A stretch of DNA of 63,585 bases, the filler included, from Phoronis australis (Eukaryota; Animalia; Phoronida): assembly GCA_002633005.1 (NCBI GenBank). It is 4 parts of 4 records of this genome, joined end to end, with 100 filler letters (N's around TTAATTAATTAA, not from the genome) between each part and the next. Parts side by side here need not be neighbours in the genome. Positions count along the whole stretch, not along the records: positions 43,917 to 61,247 come from NMRA01001489.1; positions 61,348 to 63,585 come from NMRA01003778.1; 2 more parts are not named here. One strand, given 5' to 3'. The translations under genes were made by a program, and so were the position numbers. Numbering within the stretch: position 1 is the first letter of the stretch; the number at the start of each line of letters is the position of its first letter. The notes under the pieces are model-generated. The model was not told the origin of the DNA, searched no databases, and worked only from the letters and a program-made list of their open reading frames with translations. This document shows, piece after piece, positions 54,054-63,585 of the stretch.

Positions 54054-54270
54054 CTTCCTAAAATCCACAAGGAAGGTGATCCTGGACGCGCGATTATAGC
54101 CAGCAACAACTGCCCTACTGACAAATTTATCAGTTTGCTGAGTACCATGTTCAACAATTTGTCCTCACCTTTCTTCATATGTTAAATATACAAATAATTT
54201 TCTTAATATAATTAAAAATATCACAGATCTACCCAAAAATGTCCTTCTAGTTCCTCTTAATGTTAAAAGC
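54054..54270 (+). pseudogene. Penelope-like retroelement RT relic
   Basis: LPKIHKEGDPGRAIIASNNCPTDK ... SYVKYTNNFL..IKNI.DLPKNVLLVPLNVKS (frameshifted). Matches the PKIHK..PGRPI / SYIKDT / LVTLDV motifs. Confidence 0.85.
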
Positions 54271-55216
54271 AGTGATCCATTTTTTTGTTTTATTGAGTAT
54301 GTATATTTATTCTACTTTTTGACAAACAAGTATATCCTTTAGAGTATCTGGACGGCCTCTTTTATTATCGAATCTATTTTCTATATTGGATATTTTCCTA
54401 ATGTAGTATGGCTGTGGAGTTGGCGAAATGTGACTATGTCTTAGTAAACTGTAGTACAAAAGTTACATTTTGATAGCTAAACAACACTAGGAATAAAGGA
54501 CCAAATTTTATTTGATGCAAGACTTCAAGATATCTGAGTTCTCAATAGTGCCATTTCATTTCTGTTTTATGCAGATTTTTTTCACGAAAATTACAAATGT
54601 CTTATTATTTGATTGCCTCTCATGGAATAGTCATTTTAAAAACAAATTTTTCTAGCAGTCTGTTAGAAAATAGTGCATAAAACATTGTATCCCAAAGTTT
54701 TGTCTGCATCTACAATGTTCCGAATTTAGCTCAAATAATTTGGACATCTTTCTAAGGTCCTAATATGTAACCTTATTTTGTGTTAGTAATTGATGCTTAT
54801 CTTGTTGATAAAGGTCCACTTATTTTCATGCTTGTTTCTAGGGTAAATATTTGATTGCCACAAACTTTCAGTCATCAGTGGCTTTCAGATGAAGGTGTTC
54901 ATAGTTATTGCAAATTCACAGCGCCTAGACTCCATTGTAACAGCGGGCACTATCCGTTTACAACATGTAATAGTGCATTTTCAATGGCTGTGTTTGAAAA
55001 CATAGCCTGGTTGTTGCATTTTACAGATTGAGCAACTGTTTGTCTGCCTCAGATGTTGGCTAACAGTCTAAATAGGTCATTAGCAATGTTTGTAGGTTTG
55101 CCTTTAGGAAGCTGTTGCGAAATGTTTGTTTAGTGTTGAGAAAGCGATTTCGTTGTCAACATCGTTGTCAAAGCACTAGTGTTGAGTAATTTTTTCTACT
55201 GTGGCTGAACACAACA

Positions 55217-55470
55217 GGGGGAGGCAGTGTGGCCTGGTGTGATAGGTACCCACTTTCTTTACTGGAGGTCATGGGTTCGAGTCCCACTGGGTCACACTGC
55301 TAAACCCTTGAGTCAGGTTTCTATCTCCTCAGGCTCAACTCGGTTTTAACCATATATTAACAAAGCATAAAAATGGTTTCAGGTGATCAGTGCAATGGGC
55401 CCATATACGCGGCTTGTGCACGTCTGGTATAACATGTATCAGATCGCCTGCAGTTAATTTTTTAGACACA
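55217..55470 (+). mobile_element. tRNA-derived SINE copy 2
   Basis: A box tggcctggtg, B box ggttcgagtcc; body homologous to 45237-45478. Confidence 0.82.
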
Positions 55471-56819
55471 GCATTGTTCAAAATTATTATTTAATTTCTG
55501 TTCGACTCAGTCTTGTTACGTTTATGTTAACCTAGAAAATGATGAAACAGAATTTGTAGTTATCACGTCAACTTTGCTTTCGATTTTATGTTGGGAATAT
55601 TATGTATCATTTCAGACAATAAATAAAAAAACCAGAGTTCATTTGTATACTGATGTGTCTATTAGGTGTGCATTTGAGGAGTTGATGTTAACTGCCAGGG
55701 GGGAGGGCTTTTATGGAATAGTGGAATTGGTGGTGATGGGGTGGTGGGGTTAATATGGTGGAGTGGATTAAGTAGTGCTGTGGGGGGCTATTATGGCGGA
55801 GTGGCATTGCTGGTGATGGGGGGATTTTCTTCTTAACCGAAAAGTACCCTACTCAGAAGGCACAAGCACCTTTCCTTCCTATGGGTGAGGGCCCTGTCAG
55901 GTGAACGAGGGTGTTGCATGTTGCTACTTATTAGAATAAACATTCAGCACAAAGTAAAATAGAAGTTACCCCACTCGAATCACCATTGTTTAAATCTCTC
56001 CAGGTCATATCGCATCAAGTCTAGACATGTATATAATATGTTTACAGGCCATCTGCCTGTACTATACAACAGATTACAGTAACTCAAATTTCATCTAGAC
56101 TTGGAAAGTTCTGAACCTTCAAATTGCTTTCATCTTGAATTCTGTAAAGCAGCAAATTTATAAACGACGTGTATGAAATGTCTTTTGTGTACTGCACTCA
56201 TTATTGTAGTCGTCTCCTTCTTGGTTGGATTTGATTTGATTATTCTGGTCAAAAGACAAATTGACATTTATTCCAACTATAGAAAACATGCCTGTGTATA
56301 CTGTTGTGGTTGTTTTTCCTAGTAGACTGTGACGAAGGGTCCATTTTAACTTTAATGCACTTTTATATATTTGTGTGCGAAAGTTTTTGTGCATACCCCA
56401 ATCTCTCGTAGGTATGGTCTTAGCTAAGATGGTCCTAATTTCCATTTTAATTTGTATACAGTTCATTAACGTTACTTGCAAAACCAGTCATTATGTCTGA
56501 ATATAAAAAATATCAATTCTACATCCACTGCAGTGTTTCACTTATATAAAAATGCACCATTGCATTCCCAATAACGCTGCGACTATAACTCCATAACTAT
56601 TTTAGCTACAGCCGGGCATATGACGTTTGACAAAATTGGGAACCCGTAACTTAAATTGTAAGGATTTGTAAAGTTTTGGATCATGTAACTTTAATTCTGA
56701 TAACCCCCTGAAACCTAAGTGTCCTGTAGGTATGACTGGAATTCTAATCTTAGGGTTCAAGACAATACATTTCACATTCATCTGGACTTTTTCAATGGAC
56801 GTTGCTCGTTTTATTTTAG

Positions 56820-56875
56820 GAAAATCTCGACGACGCAACAGATCCATGGGGAATCAAAGTGGAACGCGTGGAAGT
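56820..56875 (+). CDS. STOM: Internal exon of stomatin / band-7 (mec-2-like) gene
   Basis: ttattttag|exon|gtgagt, 56 bp. Translates ENLDDATDPWGIKVERVE(V), the SPFH-domain motif LDDATD.WGIKVERVE. Exact paralog unresolved. Confidence 0.92.
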
Positions 56876-56944
56876 GTGAGTAATAAGTGCAGTGACATTG
56901 TGTGTTGATAATGCTGTTATTCCTAAGTAATAACCAGTGATTTG

Positions 56945-57040
56945 TGTTGGTGGTGATGATATTGGTGTTAGTATTGATGAGATTGGTGTTAGTAGTGATG
57001 AGATTGGTGTTAGTAGTGATGAGATTGGTGTTGGTAATGA
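56945..57040. repeat. 21-bp minisatellite
   Basis: gtgatgagattggtgttagta x4-5, intronic. Confidence 0.85.
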
Positions 57041-58959
57041 AAGCCACACGTTTATAGCAATGTTAACAAAATACTTGATGCCAGTACTAGCCAAGACTTG
57101 AATCCATGCATGCGTTTTCCATCACAACTCCTCGTAGAAGCTAGACTTACAAGACTATTGTTTGATGTGTAGTCACATCACCAACCTTTATCATATTCAC
57201 CATTGTAGCCTGGCACCCTAGTTTGAATTCAGTGAAATTTGACTCATAGACAGGATTCAAATCATCAGTCATGCCTGCGTGTTGTTGGCTAGCACTCTAG
57301 TGCTGCTCTGCCAACTTGTCCTCACCTCTGATTTCACTAATAGTCTAACATGTTGTAGGTCGAGTCAAGACCCTACTGTTGCTGGTGTTAGACCACACCA
57401 CACGAATGATTTGTCTTTTTAGAAAACTTAATGACAGATCGAATATTTAAATTATTTACCAAAAATTTGTATATAAGGTAATTGTCCACTTTCGGGGAAG
57501 TATTTTGTTGCATTTTGTTTGAAATTGTATCTATATTTTTCATTGCTGCTCTTAATAGTTCATTCAACACATTTAAAAGCCAAATATGCGTGCTGTTAAG
57601 GAAAACATCAATTTATTGCAATTGTTTGGCCAATCTTCACCAGCCATTTTCAGGCTTTTGATTTTTAATGCTTTTAGCGTTTTGGAACATTTACTTTCTG
57701 TAGTGCTTGGGTACATTGGCATGAAACTTTGCACACTTATTTTATGGTACTAGGCCGAGGGACATGTGTGTCACGTAATGTTCCTTGAGCAACAGAGATA
57801 TTAACTGAGGAAAATGAAGTTTTGTGTTGATGTTTTGGAGAGGTTCTTTATTAGTGATGTCTGTTATTGCAGGATTAACAAAAATGTGAGGCATGCTTTC
57901 TTACATAAAACCTAGTTTTAAAGCGAAATCACCCAAAGTTTAGGCTGCCTTAGAAATTAATGTTCAAAGGACAAATGACAATTTTCACAAAAATGGAGGT
58001 TATATAGTTATAAATAATTGTTTGAAGGTTTGTGGAATGATAATATTTTTCAATCGTGGAGGATTTGCATATATGTACTTATAAATTTGAAAGAGATTCA
58101 CGGAGGTCACAGAGGTTGACATTATGTGGGACCCTAGATATTGCAAATTTGGCTAACTTCAGAACACCGTATCTCAGAAAAAGCTAATATGTAGCTTTCA
58201 CATACCATGCTTTGTGTACTGTGCTCTAAATTCTGTTAGGAATTGATTTCTGTTGCCTTGTATTTTGTTGGTAATGGCTTTTTCATGAGCATTTTTGTGA
58301 AAAAGTCTTATGCTCGACGACAGTTTTAGTTAACTATATGATTTTGTTATTTACGGAATTTCTGGAACGTTTCTGGCACTTAACATGTCCCTGGAGTTTT
58401 TCTTAAGATAATTAAAAACCCTTCTCGATTTCGTCACATGAACTTGGCTCACAAATTTCGTGAAACCATATTTGTGCACATTTGGGTATGAGTCACGCCA
58501 CCAACAAAAATTTTTGTTGGAACATCGGCTTACACACTTTTTTAGCATACGAAAAAGTGTGGCGTGTATACAGGGGTTTAGACACTTACCAAATAGTCAA
58601 GAGCATTAGGAGCACCGACGGGGGTAAAATCTTGAATATCAGATGATCGCAACAGCCTCAAGCTGTTAGTCCGGAAATAAACATGTGTTCTGTCTCGTTA
58701 CGAGAAAAACTGGGGAACGACGGTGCTCTTAGCTCATAGTCTATTATTAAAAGTGACAATAAACAATTAAGTATCACTTTATTAAGCTGAATCACGTTGA
58801 CAACAATTGAAAAACGTCAAATGTATAAGGAAACAAATCATCTGAAAACAGTTTCACGAAACCAAAACATCGTGTGCACCGTCACGAGACCTAAAGAGTG
58901 CTTTGCAAAACATTTTGAATTGAAAACTTCTATCTAGACACTTTTTAATCCCCAGTGGT

Positions 58960-59680
58960 TGCTCATACGTGTAGTTTACACATATGCGAGAGGTTGTCTA
59001 GGAAGGGTTTTCGCACCGTCATTCTGTAGTAACCGGTACTCCCTGGAAGAAACAAGCATTGAGTGCAGATTTAACTACGCACTGTGTGAAATAGATTTTG
59101 GATATGAAGCAGATAGACTCAAGTAGAAATACAAACCAGAATCAGTTTCTGTGCGCTCGTAGACCCTCTGATGTACTGCGTAAATTTGGCATGTCCAAAA
59201 ATAATTTCTATTTCGTTTTCATTGTACACAAGAATAAAAACTTACTTTATTACAAACTGTGTAGAATTATATAACTTATTACCTGGGTGTTTCTCCAGGA
59301 ACGTTGGTCCTATCTTTCTGTTGTCTAGGCTGCCGAGGAATCTGTATATCGGATCCAATGGTTTGCTCGTCTTGGAACCATTCTACCCAGACACATTTGA
59401 TGTTTGTTCCCAATATTTGCACTTCGTTAACTGCTCTGTCAATGAGCTTGTACGCCTCTACAATGTCATCTCGTTTCGCAGCTTAGTTGGCACTAAGCCC
59501 CCTGAGGTTACCAAGTCCATTCAAAAGACTTACAGTATGCGCAACTAATTTGATCCGTTCATCACGGACTACTTCAAACCTTGACGATGTATCCCAAAAC
59601 CCATTTGCATCTCTTGCAATTTTCGAAATAAACGTCCCAATGTCTGAACGCTTGAAACCCGAAGTACTAACATCAAATAA
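58960..59680 (-). pseudogene. hAT transposase relic (Tip100/PRKRIR-ZMYM1-like) with an intron
   Basis: Minus strand reads LRGLSA..DIVEAYKLID..WVEWF..IQIPRQPRQQKDRTNVPGETPR, then a gt..ag intron (59282-59043), then YYRMTVRKPFLDNL. Frameshifted. Confidence 0.8.
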
Positions 59681-61247
59681 ATGACCATGGGCAGGGGCGT
59701 TTCGTCGGGTGAGCCTTTCTGCGAAAATTCCCAGTATAGAAAATGGCAGTGGTGCTTATTGCAGGTAAGAAAGACGGTAGGTGTTGAGGACGGCACTTCG
59801 GGCTCCTTAGGAGGCCTATTGAACATCGCACGAGTCCCGCAAGACTTTGTTGTGAAAATACAGCCTCCCAGCAAATTTCTGGTACTGTACACTGTTCGCG
59901 AATGCGGTCACTTTATCAATGTGAGCGCCCCCTTGGTCATTCCTTGTATAGACATAACTTGTTAGAGTGCATCTTNCGTTGTGCACTTGCGCGAGATCAG
60001 CTTTCTCCAGGTCGACGGCAGAGTCTGTAGATCTACAATGTGGCGTAGTGAACAAAAGTGCTGACATCACATGCTCGCTGGTTCCCCAGCCAGCCTGCTG
60101 GCTGACCACCTAGCGGCACGCAGGGAACCATCGAGACATCGCACGTTCGCTCTCGCGTTTAACGTGTGAGCGAGAACTATAGAGAGAAATACTTCGTCTA
60201 CATTAAAAGTTTGTTGTACAAATCGATAAATTCAGGCTTCGATACGGGAATTCAGTGTTAAGTACCCTGTTGATACATCCGTTTTGAATTTTAATGCATT
60301 TTTTCACTACCCACACAGCAGGATACGAGAAGGTTCAAACTCAATAAGTTCGCTCCAATGCGGGATATTTGCTGTTTAATAAATTAATATATAAATGATC
60401 AACAACAGTTAGTTCCTATAGACTGACAACAAGTTAACTGCGACAAGTTGGTAAGTATATCGTTTTTTGGAACAAGATTCCGCTTTTATACGTGACGACA
60501 ACCTGTTAGCGATAGAATAACTGGACAGAACTAGTAGAGCTAGTCGACGATATGTAAACGGAAATGAAACACCAGTCAGAGGCATGGTGCACGGAACGTT
60601 TGTATTTGTCACGAGTAATACCGGGACTCCTCATGATTGAAAATGCCAAAAATTTTGCCGGACACTTTAAACCGCCATATCATATATGGCATTTAAAAGT
60701 TTCATGTGAATTTCGACCAGCCATTTCTAAAGAATGGTGTTCCAGCATTTGCCAAATTTGACCATTTTTCGAGGGTCCTAGATAACCTTTAATATCTTTA
60801 CTTACAACGGTTACATAATTAAAACGAGTTTTAGACACAGCAGTTCCGTACGACGCGGTTAGAAAGAATCACAAACCGATGGTGCACTATCAATGAAATT
60901 ATTCTAATGGGCCGTAAAAAAGGAAAATGCATCCTTTTCATTGTTTTTGTTTCAATAAAAAAAAATGGGAAGCAATTTTTCAAAACGCAATCAAATTAAT
61001 TTTCTCAGTCACTGTGCGGTTAAATTTGTTGAGATTTGATAGGAAATATCAAGTTAAAGTGTTTATTTAAGATACAAAAGTTGGATCAAATTCAGCAAAA
61101 ATGACAAGTTTGTCGGTTTTAAAAAGCCCTATCGAACTAGTAACCATGACTGATACGAATCGATCCGCTTCGGCTTGACGATTTCCTAATTTGCAACCCA
61201 GATTACCAGACGATCACACGCACGAACTTCGAATTACACACCAGAAG

Positions 61248-61347
61248 NNNNNNNNNNNNNNNNNNNNNNNNNNNNNNNNNNNNNNNNNNNNTTAATTAAT
61301 TAANNNNNNNNNNNNNNNNNNNNNNNNNNNNNNNNNNNNNNNNNNNN
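61248..61347. other. Artificial contig spacer
   Basis: N44-TTAATTAATTAA-N44. Confidence 0.97.
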
Positions 61348-62113
61348 GCCGGATCTTTACGAAATGTAATAAGTGTATTTATATTATGTTAACAACAGAC
61401 GATGACGACTTTTGGACGGATCCGCCTACCAGTGTGTCCCCTAGTGGCAATTTTATTTTTTTACGTTTACCTCTGTATCTTCACAAGTCCTTAACGGATT
61501 TTCATGAAATGTGGTATGTAGGCACCTATTAGTGCGATGACGCGATCCTCCCGTTTTCGGATAGATTCGACCTAGTTTGCGACACCCAGTGGCCATTTTT
61601 ACTGTTTTTGAGTCTGTTTTTTGGCGTCCACCCCTCGTATGATTGTGAAAATTGGCATGTATGTTCTTACTATGAAGAGGACGGTTGACGCTGAATTTCA
61701 CATGACTTTGATTACTGTGGCGCCTCCTAGTGGCAGTTTTTTTTGCGCCCATGGCTCTATCTCCCAAACCATTTGCAGGATCTTTACTTAATTTAGCAAG
61801 TGTATTTATGTGATGTTGACAACGGACGATGACTTTAGGATGATTCTGACTACCGGTATGCCTCTAGTGGCAATTGTAGTATTTTACATTGACCTCTGTA
61901 TTTTCATAGGTCTTCAGGTGTATACTTTGTGTTACTTCGTGACAATGAAGGAAAAGTTCCAAGTAGAAATTTGTTTCTGGCATTCTAATGCTGTGCTAAT
62001 CTCATATGTTGGTAAATTTGTTTTTAATTCTACGTTTCTGTGGTGCTTTAAGCAACTGATGTATAGGATGTGCTTGTATTATGAAGATCACTCACATTTT
62101 GCCCCTAGCCTAT
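61348..62113 (+). mobile_element. HINE element, third copy of the 15292-16361 family
   Basis: Reverse complement of ~15450-16230 with high identity (twin ORFs 15436-15756 and 61810-62115); truncated at both sides. Confidence 0.85.
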
Positions 62114-62445
62114 AGCGGATTTGCAGCGACGCCATATTGAAATTAGGTTAAAATGGTGCATTGTGGGTGCTGTGGTCAGGATTCAGAAAGCGGCCATAGT
62201 AACAAGCATAATACGCGGTATGAGCGCGAAGAAAACTTACGGCGGATACATTTGTTGTAATCCTGGCTGCTTCNGTAGAGGAAAAAGCCTATTAATTTGA
62301 TGTTTGTTTTTATCTTGTGTACAGGGTGAAATATTGGCCTCAAACTTGTTCTTTTGATATTTGTGCTACAGTGGCGAAAAATTAGATATTGACTGTGTGT
62401 AAATAAACTGTTGGCCGGTTTTCAACACCCTCTGTTATCAAACAG

Positions 62446-62677
62446 GGCAGTTACAGTAAATGGAAGGCCGGCAAAGGCTGGTGAGCAAATTGGAACGATG
62501 CAGGCATCCCCTGGTGACAGGCAGAAGAACTTCATGTTTGTCAGTGTGCGCAAGGTGCCTAGAAGTTATCGCAGAATGGGTTTTTACCTGAAAGTGAAAG
62601 AGCTTAAGAAGGATGGAGAGTGGGTGGACCCTACTAAGTACACTGAGAGGAACTCACTCTTTCCTAGTTGGGTGCAG
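62446..62677 (+). CDS. Exon of an uncharacterised protein with a degenerate M23-peptidase/LECT2-like segment
   Basis: aacag|exon|gtgagg, open frame, coding-like composition: ..KAGEQIGTM..NFMFVSVRK..KKDGEWVDPTKY..PSWVQ. G..IG and VDPT.Y are M23-family C-terminal motifs. Confidence 0.7.
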
Positions 62678-62967
62678 GTGAGGCATTTCTAGATTCCATG
62701 TTAATGTGAAAAGCCTTTTCATCCCTTTTTATCATTAATTTGACTTCACGCAAAAACGTTTACTTTATTTCACATAAGTTTTACAGCACACAAAAATATT
62801 TATATCTGACATGCCCAGATTTATTTGTAAAGCGATACATCACCTGCAAAATTTTCCTCTTTTTTGTCACTGGTCATTCCAAACCCTGGACATTATACTT
62901 TCACTGAGTTAAAAATAAATGAATAGTTTTGTAGGTATTTGGCTAAATACATAGACTTTTCCATCCG

Positions 62968-63176
62968 GGCCTGCATAAGCTTAATAAGATATTTGGCCTG
63001 CATAAGCTTAATGAGATATTTGGCCTGCATAAGCTTAAGCCTGCACAAGCTTAATGAGATATTTGGCCTGCACAAGCTTAATGAGATTTTTGGCCTGCAC
63101 AAGCTTAATGAGATATTTGGCCTGCACAAGCTTAATGAGATATTTGGCCTGCATAAGCTTAATGAGATATTTGGCC
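62968..63176. repeat. 27-bp intronic minisatellite
   Basis: ggcctgca(c/t)aagcttaatgagatattt x ~8. Confidence 0.93.
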
Positions 63177-63431
63177 AATCCACATTGATATTTCTGAAAA
63201 GTAATCAATACTCGAACAAAATAGCAGTATGTGAGACTTCACATACCTGTCATTTACTGAAATATATTGATGAGCTCATAATCACATGACTAAAGCTTAA
63301 TTCAGCATGAATGCAATGGAAGCATGTGACCACTCTCCTGTCTTTTAAGACTGAAAAAAAGTGTTAACAAAGTCACTTTTTGGGAAACAGACCCTAGTTC
63401 ATAAAATCCTGTGTTCTGTCACTTCTTGCAG

Positions 63432-63562
63432 GAGTGCAATGACCGCATAGTCACACATCTGGGCAAACGTGCGGACTCTGGTGCATTTGCGGACAAGAAA
63501 AATAACCAAGCCAAGACATTGAAGCGAGACATGAAACGAAGTCAGGGAGAATTCATGAACAG
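63432..63562 (+). CDS. Next exon of the same protein
   Basis: cttcttgcag acceptor, phase 0 matching 62677. Reads ECNDRIVTHLGKRADSGAFADKKNNQAKTLKRDMKRSQGEFMN; ag|gtgaac donor just before an in-frame stop. Confidence 0.65.
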
Positions 63563-63585
63563 GTGAACACTGCTCCAGCATCATT

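Noticed and set aside
57388-58572. Possible TIR element (gaccacaccacac ... gtgtggcgtg)
   Set aside because: Terminal match weak and no TSD.
62893-63289. Repetitive ORFs (GLHKLNEIF)n / (CRPNISLSL)n
   Set aside because: Translations of a 27-bp intronic minisatellite.

Overview
Repeat-rich animal (invertebrate-like, AT-rich) genomic DNA, not prokaryotic. The window is four contigs joined by artificial 100-bp spacers (N44-TTAATTAATTAA-N44 at 13269-13368, 43817-43916, 61248-61347), so adjacency across spacers is meaningless. Host coding sequence is sparse. It comprises one exon of an EFHD/swiprosin gene (2617-2754), one stomatin/band-7 exon (56820-56875), two spliceable exons of a protein with a degenerate M23/LECT2-like segment (62446-62677, 63432-63562) and a candidate two-exon 62-aa secreted peptide (44871-44929 + 47938-48067). 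Everything else recognisable is transposon-derived or satellite. This includes four copies of a Kolobok-type deletion derivative that keeps a THAP start and an opposing KolX-like start, two further Kolobok-type elements, Helentron/HINE-type elements, an EnSpm-like TIR element, a 1.8-kb foldback element and a Harbinger-like element. It also includes BEL/Pao, LINE, Penelope and hAT coding relics, tRNA-derived SINEs and several tandem arrays, among them a ~1.9-kb-unit degenerate array (about 15050-30650) that has collected nested insertions. I see no convincing novel multi-gene system. The best leads are the candidate secreted peptide, the exon-like structure in the 1.9-kb array, the convergent THAP/KolX Kolobok derivative and CTCF-like motifs multiplied in repeats. 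Family assignments come from remembered motifs, not database searches.
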